Positions 1 to 9,633 of a stretch of 64,000 nucleotides of DNA are shown here, piece after piece (positions within the stretch are counted from its first letter, which is position 1; every line of letters begins with the position of its first letter). The notes below the pieces were generated by a model. The model did not search any database. It saw only the letters and a list, made by a program, of their open reading frames with translations, and was not told the origin of the DNA. The stretch lies in NCBI GenBank assembly GCA_963751455.1, contig CAVVUN010000015.1:960001-1024000 (forward strand), read 5' to 3'. Made by a program: the position numbers and the translations under genes. Origin of the DNA: Nitrospirota bacterium. GTDB taxonomy: Bacteria > Nitrospirota > UBA9217.

Positions 1-31
1 TATTTGCCGGAATATTTAATAAATAAAAATC

Positions 32-198
32 GTAACTATTCAGCTTCTTTTCAGAACGGCATTAAGACAAATCTGAGAAAAAGCCTTCTATCCGCAGATT
101 TCGCAGATGGACGCAGATTTTAAAACCAGAATTCAGGTTTTGTTTTTATCTGCGAAATCTGCGTGATCTGCGGATAAAAAAATGACCTGAGTAGTTAC
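32..198. repeat. Nested palindromic intergenic element (outer 12-bp TIR plus inner CGCAGAT-periodic hairpin)
   Basis: GTAACTATTCAG (32-43) and CTGAGTAGTTAC (187-198) are inverted with 1 mismatch; inner arms TATCCGCAGATTTCGCAGATGGACGCAGAT and ATCTGCGAAATCTGCGTGATCTGCGGATA span 89-176. Confidence 0.85.
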
Positions 199-252
199 AA
201 ATTATTTTTTAAAAAGCCTAAATACGCCCTTGTGATTTACCTTGGCGACTTT

Positions 253-294
253 GCCTGCACCCAGCGTTTACGAGTGCTCAGCGCGAGTGCAGGG
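253..294. repeat. ~42-bp dispersed hairpin module, copy 1
   Basis: GCCTGCACCCAGCGTTTACGAGTGCTCAGCGCGAGTGCAGGG; reverse complement closely matches 39820-39862; degenerate copy at 17256-17296. Confidence 0.8.
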
Positions 295-335
295 CGCGGC
301 TTTGCGAGAGACAATTTGTTTTCAAGGTTTTAACT

Positions 336-2249
336 ATGATCCTAGACGGTAAAATACCTTCCGGTCCGCTTCCCGAAAAATGGGACAGGCAATGCCGTGA
401 CATGAAGTTGGTGAACCCAGCGAACAAGCGGAAGTACACAATCATTGTCGTGGGCACCGGCCTTGCCGGTTCATCGGCAGCCGCTACCTTGGGCGAGCTC
501 GGCTATAATGTGGAGGCCTTCTGCTTCCAGGACAGCCCGCGCCGCGCTCACAGCATCGCGGCCCAGGGAGGCATCAACGCCGCAAAGAACTACCCCAATG
601 ACGGAGACAGCATCTTCAGACTGTTTCATGACACGATCAAGGGAGGGGATTTCCGGGCGCGCGAGGCGAATGTGTACCGGTTGGCATCGATCAGCAACAA
701 TATCATCGATCAATGCGCGGCCCAGGGCGTTCCTTTTGCACGCGATTACGCGGGATATTTAGACAACCGTTCTTTCGGCGGGGCGCAGGTCTCCCGCACT
801 TTTTATGCCATGGGACAGACGGGCCAGCAGCTGCTGCTCGGCGCTTACTCGGCGCTTTCACGCCAGGTGAAGGCGGGGACAGTCAAACTTCATCCCCGGA
901 CCGAAATGCTCGATCTGGTGGTCGTGGATGGACACGCCAAAGGGATAATCATCCGCGATCTGGTGACCGGACAGATCCGCTCACATGCCGCAGACGCGGT
1001 CTGCCTCTGCAGCGGCGGTTATGCGAACGTGTTTCACCTTTCCACAAATGCCATGGGAAACAATGTTACTGCGACGTACCGGGCGTATAAAAAAGGAGCG
1101 CTTTTCGCGAATCCGTGCTATACGCAGATCCATCCGACATGTATCCCGGTCACCGGCGATCACCAGGCCAAGCTCACACTCATGTCCGAGTCGCTAAGGA
1201 ACGACGGCCGCGTCTGGGTCCCGAAGCTGAAGGGGGACAGCCGCGCTCCCCAAGATATTCCCGAGCAGGAAAGGGACTACTATCTGGAACGGAAGTACCC
1301 CGCCTTCGGCAACCTTGCACCCCGCGATATAGCGTCCCGAGCAGCGAAAGAGGTATGCGACGAAGGCCGCGGCGTGGGTGCAAGCGGCCGGGGTGTATAC
1401 CTCGATTTTGCCGGCGCCATCGAGCGCCTTGGAGCGGATACAATACAGGAGCGGTACGGCAACCTCTTTGACATGTACGAAAAGATAACGGACGAAAACG
1501 CTTATACGCGGCCGATGCGTATCTACCCTGCGCCGCATTACACCATGGGCGGGCTCTGGGTTGACTACAATCTCGAGAGTACGGTGCCGGGTCTCTTCGT
1601 TCTGGGCGAGGCGAATTTTTCGGACCACGGCGCAAACAGGCTCGGCGCAAGCGCGCTGATGCAGGGACTGGCAGACGGGTATTTCATAATTCCCTACACC
1701 ATAGCGAATTATCTTGGGCAAACAAAGCCGGGCGCAGTAAGCGCCTGCAACTCGGCATTCGCACAATCAGCGGCAGAGAGCGAGGCTTCGATCAAGAGGC
1801 TTCTGTCGATTAACGGAAAGAAGACGGTTAGCGAGTTCCACAGCGAGCTCGGGCATATCATGTGGGAGAACGTGGGCATGGCGCGCAGTAAAGAGAGCCT
1901 CACAAAGGCCCTCAATCTAATCCCCGTACTTCGGGCGGAATTCTGGGAGAACGTGCGGGTGTCCGGCGCTGAAGCAGGGTTGAATCAGCAGCTCGAAAAA
2001 GCGGGCCGCGTGGCGGACTTCCTTGAGTTCTCTGAACTCCTCGTTCGGGATGCTTTGCACCGGAACGAATCCTGCGGAGGCCATTTCCGGGTCGAATACC
2101 AGACACCGGACGGCGAGGCCAAACGCGACGACGAGAACTTCTGCTATGTGGCGGGATGGGAATATAAGGGCGTTGACCAGGAGCCGGAGCTGCACAAGGA
2201 ACCGCTGGTTTTTGAGAATGTGCACCTGGCGGTGAGAAGCTATAAATAG
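336..2249 (+). CDS. sdhA: Succinate dehydrogenase/fumarate reductase flavoprotein subunit
   Basis: 637 aa; GTGLAG Rossmann motif, [10 protein letters not shown] covalent-FAD His, [26 protein letters not shown]. Confidence 0.97.
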   Translation: MILDGKIPSGPLPEKWDRQCRDMKLVNPANKRKYTIIVVGTGLAGSSAAATLGELGYNVEAFCFQDSPRRAHSIAAQGGINAAKNYPNDGDSIFRLFHDTIKGGDFRAREANVYRLASISNNIIDQCAAQGVPFARDYAGYLDNRSFGGAQVSRTFYAMGQTGQQLLLGAYSALSRQVKAGTVKLHPRTEMLDLVVVDGHAKGIIIRDLVTGQIRSHAADAVCLCSGGYANVFHLSTNAMGNNVTATYRAYKKGALFANPCYTQIHPTCIPVTGDHQAKLTLMSESLRNDGRVWVPKLKGDSRAPQDIPEQERDYYLERKYPAFGNLAPRDIASRAAKEVCDEGRGVGASGRGVYLDFAGAIERLGADTIQERYGNLFDMYEKITDENAYTRPMRIYPAPHYTMGGLWVDYNLESTVPGLFVLGEANFSDHGANRLGASALMQGLADGYFIIPYTIANYLGQTKPGAVSACNSAFAQSAAESEASIKRLLSINGKKTVSEFHSELGHIMWENVGMARSKESLTKALNLIPVLRAEFWENVRVSGAEAGLNQQLEKAGRVADFLEFSELLVRDALHRNESCGGHFRVEYQTPDGEAKRDDENFCYVAGWEYKGVDQEPELHKEPLVFENVHLAVRSYK

Positions 2250-2694
2250 AAATATTTTTTTGGACGCAGATAAACGCGGAAAAATCGGATTAAATTTAAA
2301 AATCTGCGTGGATCTGCGAAAATCTGCGTCCAGGAGATTTGAAGAGGTTGTTTATGAATCTGACTCTCTATGTCTGGCGGCAGACGGAGGCCATTTCCGG
2401 GTCGAGTACCAGACACCGGACGGCGAGGCCATGCGTGACGATGAGAACTTCTGCTATGTGGCGGGATGGGAATATAAGGGTGTTGACCAGGAGCCGGAAC
2501 TGCACAAGGAACCGCTGGTTTTTGAGAATGTGCACCTGGCGGTGAGAAGCTATAAATAGAAATATTTTTTTGGACGCAGATAAACGCGGAAAAATCGGAT
2601 TAAATTTAAAAATCTGCGTGGATCTGCGAAAATCTGCGTCCAGGAGATTTGAAGAGGTTGTTTATGAATCTGACCTTATACGTCTGGCGGCAGA
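2075..2694 (+). repeat. 310-bp tandem duplication (2075-2384 / 2385-2694) of sdhA 3' end, spacer and sdhB 5' end
   Basis: Direct alignment at period 310; about 11 substitutions, all in coding parts; spacer identical. Confidence 0.95.
2261..2332. repeat. CGCAGAT-type periodic palindrome (second copy at 2571-2642)
   Basis: TGGACGCAGATAAACGCGGAAAAATCGGAT ... ATCTGCGTGGATCTGCGAAAATCTGCGTCCA. Confidence 0.85.
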
Positions 2695-3401
2695 GCGGTC
2701 CGCGTGACAAAGGACGACTCGTTCAATACCAGGCAGCCGGCATCTCGCGCGACATGACGTTTCTCGAGATGCTCGATGTCGTGAACGAAGGATTGATCGA
2801 GAGCGGCGAAGAGCCGATAGCGTTCGACCACGACTGCCGCGAGGGCATCTGCGGCATGTGCGCGCAGGTGGTCAACGGCGTTCCGCAGGGGCCGCAGGAG
2901 AAGACCACGATCTGCCAACTCCACATGAGACGCTTCAAGGACGGGGACACGCTGTATATCGAACCTCTGCGCGCAAGGGCATTCCCGGTAATTAAAGATC
3001 TGATCGTCGATCGTGGGGCGCTTGACCGCATGATACAGTCCGGCGGTTACATTTCGGTTCATACGGGCGGCGTTCCGGATGCAAATGCGATTCTGATCCC
3101 GAAGACTGACGCGGATGAAGCCATGGATGCGGCGGAATGCATCGGGTGCGGAGCATGCGTGGCAGCTTGCCCGAACGGTTCGGCCATGCTCTTTACAGCG
3201 GCGAAAGTGACGCACCTTGCAAAGCTGCCCCAGGGAAGGGCCGAGGCTGCGCGCCGTGTCTGCGTGATGACCGAAGCGATGTTGAAGGAAGGCTTCGGCA
3301 ACTGCAGCAACCATTACGAGTGCCAGGCAGTGTGTCCGAAAGGTATCAAAGCGAAATTCGTGGCGAAACTGAACCGGGAATATATCAAGGCGCAGTTTTA
3401 A
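2664..3401 (+). CDS. sdhB: Succinate dehydrogenase/fumarate reductase iron-sulfur subunit
   Basis: [20 protein letters not shown] and [11 protein letters not shown] Fe-S motifs; ATG 2664 after GAAGAGG. Confidence 0.96.
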   Translation: MNLTLYVWRQSGPRDKGRLVQYQAAGISRDMTFLEMLDVVNEGLIESGEEPIAFDHDCREGICGMCAQVVNGVPQGPQEKTTICQLHMRRFKDGDTLYIEPLRARAFPVIKDLIVDRGALDRMIQSGGYISVHTGGVPDANAILIPKTDADEAMDAAECIGCGACVAACPNGSAMLFTAAKVTHLAKLPQGRAEAARRVCVMTEAMLKEGFGNCSNHYECQAVCPKGIKAKFVAKLNREYIKAQF

Positions 3402-3407
3402 TTATTT

Positions 3408-3442
3408 TTGCAATTTGCACTTTGAAATTTGACTTTTGCATT
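3408..3442. repeat. Heptamer-periodic arm (TTTGCAA-type), no partner arm seen
   Basis: TTTGCAA TTTGCAC TTTGAAA TTTGACT TTTGCAT just after the sdhB stop. Confidence 0.7.
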
Positions 3443-3464
3443 TTCTTTTTGATGGGAGCGATTC

Positions 3465-4397
3465 ATGAAAAAGAAGGTCACAGTCGTCGGCGCGGGTAAC
3501 GTCGGAGCGTCGCTGACACAAATGATCGTCCAGGAAGGCAGCGCGAATGTAGTGCTGTATGACATTATGGCGGGGGTCCCGCAGGGCAAGGCGCTTGACC
3601 TCGCAGAAGCATGTCCTCTCTGGGGTTCCTCGTCCGGTGTCATTGGCACGAATGATTATGCTCAAACTGCCGGTTCCGATGTTATCGTCGTTACCGCGGG
3701 CTTTCCAAGAAAGCCGGGCATGAGCCGGGACGACCTTTTGATTGCAAATGCAAAGGTCGTATCCGATGTTGTGGAGAACACCACAAAGGTGTCGCCGCAG
3801 GCTGTTGTTATAATCGTCACCAACCCCATGGACGTCATGACGCAGTTGGCCCTGAACGTTTCCGGCTTCGATCCGAAGCGGGTGATCGGAATGGGGGGCA
3901 TCCTTGATTCTGCCCGGTTCAGGACATTTGTTGCCTGGGAACTAAGCGTTTCTCCCCAGGATGTGGAGGCGCTTGTTCTCGGAGGACACGGGGACCTGAT
4001 GGTTCCCATGCCCAGGTTCACGACTGTGAAAGGGGTCTCAATCACCGAGGTAATGAGCGGAGAACGGATTAAGGCGCTGGTCGAACGCACAAAGAACGGA
4101 GGCGCGGAAGTCGTCGCTCTGCTCAAGACCGGAAGCGCCTACTATGCGCCGGCTGCGGCCGCGAACCAGATGGTCAGGTCGGTAATCACGGACGAAAAGA
4201 GAATGCTGCCGTGCGCTGCCTACTTAAACGGCGAATTCGGCGCCCGGGGCGTTTATACGGGAGTGCCGGCGGTGCTGGGCGCAGCAGGAGTCGAAAAGAT
4301 CATAGAACTGTCATTGAATCAGCAGGAGAAGAAGGATTTCGAGCGGTCAGTAGATGCGGTGAGGGAGCTTGTTCAAAAATTGAAGGTGATGGACTAG
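3465..4397 (+). CDS. mdh: Malate dehydrogenase (LDH-like)
   Basis: GAGNVG, PRKPGMSRDDL, TNPMD, LDSARF, GGHGD, GSAYYAP. Confidence 0.96.
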   Translation: MKKKVTVVGAGNVGASLTQMIVQEGSANVVLYDIMAGVPQGKALDLAEACPLWGSSSGVIGTNDYAQTAGSDVIVVTAGFPRKPGMSRDDLLIANAKVVSDVVENTTKVSPQAVVIIVTNPMDVMTQLALNVSGFDPKRVIGMGGILDSARFRTFVAWELSVSPQDVEALVLGGHGDLMVPMPRFTTVKGVSITEVMSGERIKALVERTKNGGAEVVALLKTGSAYYAPAAAANQMVRSVITDEKRMLPCAAYLNGEFGARGVYTGVPAVLGAAGVEKIIELSLNQQEKKDFERSVDAVRELVQKLKVMD

Positions 4398-4539
4398 CGG
4401 ACTGCTGTATGTGTCTTTTAAGCAGTCTTTGCGAGCGAAGCGAAGCAATCTCGCAATATATAACAATTTTGAAAACCGAGCTTGCCTCGTTGCAAAAAAC
4501 GCTCCTCGCATGACAGCTGGTTTTTTTCAACAGCTTGCT
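4396..4539. repeat. REP-like palindrome inside an imperfect outer inverted repeat
   Basis: GTCTTTGCGAGCGAAGCGAAGCAATCTC ... GAGCTTGCCTCG...CTCCTCGCATGAC, flanked by AGCGGACTGCTG / TTCAACAGCTTGCT. Confidence 0.7.
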
Positions 4540-4568
4540 GGTTCCTATTTCAGCGGGATTACTCCGAC

Positions 4569-4624
4569 TTGATTTTGCAACAAAATGCTCTATAATGATT
4601 TTCATTGCATTGTATCCGCAATGA
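4569..4624 (+). promoter_or_regulatory. Putative sigma70 promoter with palindromic operator-like sites
   Basis: TTGATT-N16-TATAAT (4569-4596); palindromes ATTTTG-N3-CAAAAT and TCATTGC-N9-GCAATGA (4602-4624). Confidence 0.5.
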
Positions 4625-4681
4625 CAGCGCCATGGAATTATAAAGCCTTGAATAACAGGTAAACCTTTAAAGGAGGTATCA

Positions 4682-6580
4682 ATGGGCAGGTATGACGATT
4701 TATTTCAGAAGAGCATCAAGGATCCGGCCGGCTTCTGGGAGAACGCTGCGCAGGCCATCACCTGGGATAAAAAATGGGACAAGGTCCTCGACGATTCGAA
4801 CAAGCCGTTTTACCGCTGGTTCACGGACGGGGAGCTGAATACCTGCTTCAACGCACTCGACCGCCATGTCAAGGCCGGCCGCGCGGACCAGGTTGCGCTT
4901 ATCTACGATAGCCCTGTTACGAACACCATCAGGAAGTACAGCTACAAGGAACTGCTCGATCTGGTGTCCCGCTTCGCCGGAGCCCTGAAGGGTCTCGGAG
5001 TCGGGAAGGGAGACACGGTCATAATCTACATGCCGATGATCCCGCAGGCCGCTATAGCGATGCTCGCCTGCGCCCGGCTGGGCGCGGTGCATTCGGTTGT
5101 GTTCGGCGGCTTTGCGCCGCATGAGCTTGCGATCAGGATTGACGACGCCAGGCCGAAAGTAATCGTTACGGCATCGGGCGCGATCGAAGGGAAAAAAATC
5201 CTCGAGTATAAACCGATGCTGGACAAGGCAATTGAAGAGGCTGCGCATAAACCGCAGAAGTGCGTCGTATTTCAGCGGCAATTCGTACAGTCTGCCCTGG
5301 TGAACGGCCGTGACCTGGACTGGGAAGCACTCATGGCAAAAGCCAGTCCCGCCGGTTGTACACCGGTAAAGGCTACAGATCCTCTCTATATCCTGTATAC
5401 CTCCGGCACTACGGGAAAGCCGAAGGGCGTTGTTCGGGATAACGGCGGTCACGCCGTGGCGCTCCGCTGGAGTATGCGGTATATCTACGGGGTCGAGCCG
5501 GGTGACGTATACTGGGCGGCTTCCGATGTCGGATGGGTCGTCGGCCACTCGTATATCGTCTACGCACCGCTTTTCCATGGCTGTACCACGATCCTGTACG
5601 AGGGGAAACCCGTCGGAACCCCGGATGCAGGCGCCTTCTGGCGGGTCATCTCGGAGCACGGCGTGAACGTGCTGTTCACGGCGCCCACGGCCTTCCGGGC
5701 GATCAAGAAGGAAGATCCGAAGGGCGCTTTCATCGGCAAGTACGATCTCTCCCGGTTCAAATATCTTTTTCTTGCCGGCGAACGGCTCGACCCCGATACA
5801 TACCATTGGGCGCATGATCTCCTGAAGAAGCCGGTCATTGACCATTGGTGGCAGACCGAGACAGGCTGGCCCATCACTGCGAACTGCATGGGCATCGAAA
5901 AACATCGCATCAAGCCGGGCTCTTCAACCAAGCCAGTGCCGGGCTACAATGTCACTATCCTGGACACCAACGGCAAACAGATGGATGCCAAGCAGACCGG
6001 CCTCGTTACGATCAAGCTTCCGCTGCCGCCGGGGACACTCCCCACCTTATGGCAGGCGGACCAGCGTTTTCTTGAGTCCTATCTCAAAGTGTATCCAGGC
6101 TACTATTTTACCAGCGACGGAGGATACATCGACGAGGACGGCTACGTCTTTATCATGGGCAGGGTGGATGATGTGATCAACGTTGCGGGCCATCGGCTCT
6201 CCACCGGCGAAATGGAAGAGGTTGTTTCGACCCACAAGGACATCGCGGAATGCGCCGTTATCGGCGTGCACGACAGTCTCAAGGGACAGCTGCCGGTCGG
6301 ACTCTGCGTGCTGAAAGCCGGTGTTAACACGAGCGAAGAGGAGATCAGGAAAGATCTTGCGAGAATGATCCGGGAAACGATCGGGCCCATTGCGGGATAT
6401 AAGGAAACCTGCGTTGTGAAACGGCTTCCCAAGACCCGTTCCGGCAAGATCCTGCGCGGCACAATGAGAAAGATCGCCGACGGTGAGCCCTATACCATGC
6501 CATCGACGATCGACGATCCTGCGACCCTGAACGAGATAGAAGAGGCGCTCAAAAAAGTCGGGTACGCGCGAAAACAGTAG
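4682..6580 (+). CDS. prpE: Propionyl-CoA synthetase-like short-chain acyl-CoA ligase
   Basis: YTSGTTGKPKG AMP-binding motif, VVRDNGGHAVAL, DHWWQTETG, LPKTRSGK; RBS AAGGAGG; substrate is inferred. Confidence 0.85.
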   Translation: MGRYDDLFQKSIKDPAGFWENAAQAITWDKKWDKVLDDSNKPFYRWFTDGELNTCFNALDRHVKAGRADQVALIYDSPVTNTIRKYSYKELLDLVSRFAGALKGLGVGKGDTVIIYMPMIPQAAIAMLACARLGAVHSVVFGGFAPHELAIRIDDARPKVIVTASGAIEGKKILEYKPMLDKAIEEAAHKPQKCVVFQRQFVQSALVNGRDLDWEALMAKASPAGCTPVKATDPLYILYTSGTTGKPKGVVRDNGGHAVALRWSMRYIYGVEPGDVYWAASDVGWVVGHSYIVYAPLFHGCTTILYEGKPVGTPDAGAFWRVISEHGVNVLFTAPTAFRAIKKEDPKGAFIGKYDLSRFKYLFLAGERLDPDTYHWAHDLLKKPVIDHWWQTETGWPITANCMGIEKHRIKPGSSTKPVPGYNVTILDTNGKQMDAKQTGLVTIKLPLPPGTLPTLWQADQRFLESYLKVYPGYYFTSDGGYIDEDGYVFIMGRVDDVINVAGHRLSTGEMEEVVSTHKDIAECAVIGVHDSLKGQLPVGLCVLKAGVNTSEEEIRKDLARMIRETIGPIAGYKETCVVKRLPKTRSGKILRGTMRKIADGEPYTMPSTIDDPATLNEIEEALKKVGYARKQ

Positions 6581-6594
6581 TTACTATAACATTA

Positions 6595-6890
6595 ACCACA
6601 GAATGTCCAGGCAGCCGTAAACGCGGTCAGATAAACACGGATGGACACAGATAAAGTCTAAATAAAAAAGTTTTTGCCACAGAGTTCACCGAGCACACAG
6701 AGAGGCTCCTTTCTCACACAAAGCCACTAAGCAACAGAGAAAAGAATTTTAAAAATATATTTTCTTCGTGGCTCCACGGCTTCGTGTGAAATCGACTTTT
6801 TCTTCTATGTCAAATTTTAATTTAAGCTTCTTCTCTCTCTGTGCCCTCTGTGTTCTCTGTGGCAAATATATTTTCATGTTATTCCGTGGT
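6595..6890. repeat. Triple-nested palindromic element
   Basis: Outer ACCACAGAAT/ATTCCGTGGT; middle TTTGCCACAGAGTTCACCGAGCACACAGAGA / TCTCTGTGCCCTCTGTGTTCTCTGTGGCAAA; inner TCACACAAAGCCACTAAGCAACAGAG / CTTCGTGGCTCCACGGCTTCGTGTGA. Confidence 0.85.
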
Positions 6891-6902
6891 AAGGAATCTT
6901 TC

Positions 6903-6930
6903 ATGCGGCCTTCATGGCCGCATTTATTTT
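6903..6930 (+). terminator. Terminator-like hairpin
   Basis: ATGCGGCC-TTCAT-GGCCGCAT followed by TTATTTT. Confidence 0.5.
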
Positions 6931-6942
6931 AAGAAACAGGAA

Positions 6943-7128
6943 ATGAAGACAGGGTTCAAGCTGGGAGACTTCGAGTTGACCTGGCTGAACGGCGGACGGT
7001 TCGAGCTTGACGGCGGGGCGATGTTCGAGAATGCCGGTTCACTTTGCTACCACGATCCGTTCATGCTGGCCTGCAAATTCGACGGGAAGGGAAACATCCT
7101 TGAAAAACGGCCAGTAGAGCCAGCATGA
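6943..7128 (+). pseudogene. Internally deleted MBL-fold metallo-hydrolase (YtnP-like) remnant
   Basis: N-terminal LGDFELTWLNGGRFELDGGAMF joined almost directly to C-terminal YHDPF; no HxHxDH; only 61 aa. Confidence 0.7.
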
Positions 7129-7406
7129 CCTGCTCCTGCTTTTTGTTCTTTTCTCCATCTAAATGACCACCGCATAAATCATTATCTTTCTCCCATTTTC
7201 GTTTTGCTGGGTTGAAAGACCGTCCTCCATGCCTTAGAGACCGGCCCCAAAACAGTCCGCTGAATTCATCGCTAAAACTTTCTCTGAATTTCGCGCTTGT
7301 AATAACTTAGTCCAATTGACTCTGAGAACCTATGATTCTATTCTTTCCATAAGGACTGAATCTATTCAATGTTGTTTGTGAATCGCTCAGGGGAGAGGAG
7401 GATACG

Positions 7407-7709
7407 ATGCAGGTAAGCCAGGTAATGCAAAGGGACTTTATTACAGTCCAATCCACGGAATCTATCCAGGATGCCGCGAAAAAGATGCGGGAAAAACATC
7501 TCGGGACAGTACTCGTGCTTGAGGAGGACCATATTAAGGGAATATTGACCGAAAAGGAATTAATAGAAGCCATGGCCTCTATTTCCACGACACCAGGTAC
7601 ATTTCCGTCGGATGTGAACGTAATGAGCACGGAGCCGTCTGTTAACGATAATGCGAACAGATGCTGTTACTTCAGCGATTTGCAGGTTGAATTACTGATG
7701 GGCCGATAA
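7407..7709 (+). CDS. CBS-domain protein, single domain, possibly truncated
   Basis: RBS GAGGAGG; VSQVMQRDFITV...AAKKMREKHLGTVLV...GILTEKEL pattern; no second CBS repeat. Confidence 0.7.
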   Translation: MQVSQVMQRDFITVQSTESIQDAAKKMREKHLGTVLVLEEDHIKGILTEKELIEAMASISTTPGTFPSDVNVMSTEPSVNDNANRCCYFSDLQVELLMGR

Positions 7710-7743
7710 TCGCTAAAACGCTTCAAGCAATTAAAGAGGGGCT

Positions 7744-8487
7744 ATGGACATTGCAGGAAAAAATGTTGTGATCACCGGTGGCGCACGAGGGCTCGGACGC
7801 GAATACGCACTACAGTTGAGGGCGCTCGGCGCAAAGCCTTTTGTGTTGAATCTCCGTCAGGAGTCTCTCGAAGCATTTAAACGGGAGACGGATATTCCGG
7901 GAAAGGTGGTTGACGTAGGCAACGAAAAAGAGGTCGAAGCGTTTCTCGAAAACTATACGGAAGAATACGGGCCCCCTCATGTCCTGATCAATAATGCCGG
8001 GATCACCGCAGACGGGTTATTTATCAAGAAGAAAGGGGACGAGATCACGAAATTTTCCTATGCGAAGTGGGAAAAAGTCGTCAACGTAAATCTTACCGGT
8101 ACATTTCTTGTCTCACGGGAAGCGGCTTACCACATGGTGAAGCACGGCGTAAAAGGCTTGATTATCAATGTTTCGTCTGTAAACCGCTGCGGCAATATCG
8201 GACAGATAAATTATTCCGCATCCAAGGCTGCAGTCGATGCCATGACCGTTACAATGGCAAAAGAGCTTTGTCAATACGGAATAAGGGTGGCTGCCGTTGC
8301 GCCCGGTTATATAAATACCGAGATGTGCGCTACCATCAGGCAGAATGTGCTGGACAGGATAATCAGCGGTATACCCATGGGCCGTCTCGGTAAACGTGAT
8401 GAAATTTCGGATGCTGTCGAGTTTATTATAAGAAATGACTTTTTTACCGGTCGTGTCCTCGAGTGTGATGGAGGAATGAAAGTTTGA
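7744..8487 (+). CDS. SDR 3-oxoacyl/acetoacetyl-CoA reductase (FabG/PhaB-like), paralog 1
   Basis: TGGARGLG, NNAG, YSASK; clear paralog of 12849-13592; PHA cluster context. Confidence 0.88.
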   Translation: MDIAGKNVVITGGARGLGREYALQLRALGAKPFVLNLRQESLEAFKRETDIPGKVVDVGNEKEVEAFLENYTEEYGPPHVLINNAGITADGLFIKKKGDEITKFSYAKWEKVVNVNLTGTFLVSREAAYHMVKHGVKGLIINVSSVNRCGNIGQINYSASKAAVDAMTVTMAKELCQYGIRVAAVAPGYINTEMCATIRQNVLDRIISGIPMGRLGKRDEISDAVEFIIRNDFFTGRVLECDGGMKV

Positions 8488-8686
8488 CGCCCTCCTGGCT
8501 GCTTTAGAAAAAAATTCGTGTTCGGCACCCGTTCTCGAAAGCAGAACTGACCCTAACAAGCTACTGCAGAAATCGGCCTGCCGGCTGGCAATCCCTATTG
8601 TCTAAATTGGACGTTACGCATCGCGAGACGTTATGAAGGACTTCTCTTATAAATAAGAACAGAGCTATTAACGAGGAGGAGATACA

Positions 8687-9133
8687 GTGCCTACCACGGA
8701 AGACATGACAAAACAGATGATGGACATCTTTGCCAATCCTCTTTTCAAAATGGGGTTTTTCGATTATTTTTTGAAAATGCAGCAGGAAGGCATTGAGGCG
8801 GCGCGGAAATTTTGGAGTTCGACTGAGCACAAAAACAGCCCTGTTCCGAATGCGGTCGAAATGTACGAAAAGATGGTCGACTTTTTCATCATCCTGGGGT
8901 TCGTCCCGCGAATAAAATACGAAGAAGCCTTGAAGGAAAACAAAAACCTGAAGGAAGAAAACAAGTTCCTCAGGGACGCCATGCGGGAGCTCCAAACCAA
9001 CCTTTCCAAGGAATGGGGAGAAAAAGGGCAACAGGTCTGGGATGCGAGCATTGACCAGCAGCTTGAGATGCATAAAGAGATCGCAAGGAATTTTTTTGAG
9101 ATGTTCAGGCAGCTGAAAATGGGCAGCCGATAG
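8687..9133 (+). CDS. Hypothetical coiled-coil protein in PHA cluster, candidate granule-associated protein
   Basis: RBS GAGGAGGAG and GTG start; coiled coil; C-terminus WDASIDQQLEMHKEIARNFFEMF matches the C-termini of the next three genes. Confidence 0.75.
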   Translation: MPTTEDMTKQMMDIFANPLFKMGFFDYFLKMQQEGIEAARKFWSSTEHKNSPVPNAVEMYEKMVDFFIILGFVPRIKYEEALKENKNLKEENKFLRDAMRELQTNLSKEWGEKGQQVWDASIDQQLEMHKEIARNFFEMFRQLKMGSR

Positions 9134-9194
9134 AAGGATCTGTGTCGAGTCATCACCGGAATGAATCGGGATTACAAAGAAAAAGGGAGAGAGA

Positions 9195-9578
9195 ATGGAA
9201 AACGTATCCGGCTTTGTTGACGCATGGGTCAAAGCCCAGCAGAAGTCCATCCAGAGCTGGATGGAAGTGCAGAAGGAATTCATCGAGGGTTGGATGAAAG
9301 CACAGAAGACGTTGATGGAAAACTGGATCAAGGCAACACGAAAACTGGAGGAGTCGTTTCCTGCCGGGGGCACCTCCCAAGACAGCGGCAGACGTGATAC
9401 GCTCAATCTGTACGGGACCTGGATAAAGAGCATGGAGGATTCTTCGAAAGCTTTTGCAGACGAATCGGGGAGACTCCAGGAGACGTGGAGAAAGACAGTT
9501 GAAAAACAGATGGACATAAGCTCGGATATGGCGAAGAATTTTTTGGAAATATTCAAAAAAGCAGCTGAGAAGAAATAG
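9195..9578 (+). CDS. Candidate phasin, Trp 11-mer repeat paralog 1
   Basis: Four 11-aa repeats FVDAWVKAQQK/SIQSWMEVQKE/FIEGWMKAQKT/LMENWIKATRK; RBS GGGAG. Confidence 0.75.
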   Translation: MENVSGFVDAWVKAQQKSIQSWMEVQKEFIEGWMKAQKTLMENWIKATRKLEESFPAGGTSQDSGRRDTLNLYGTWIKSMEDSSKAFADESGRLQETWRKTVEKQMDISSDMAKNFLEIFKKAAEKK

Positions 9579-9633
9579 GGGCTCTCCCGGGCGGGAGCAT
9601 CGACAATCACAACCGAGAAGGAGGAAAATTATC

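Noticed and set aside
2260-2559. 99-aa ORF ending in the SdhA C-terminus
   Set aside because: By-product of the 310-bp duplication; its start lies within a palindromic repeat
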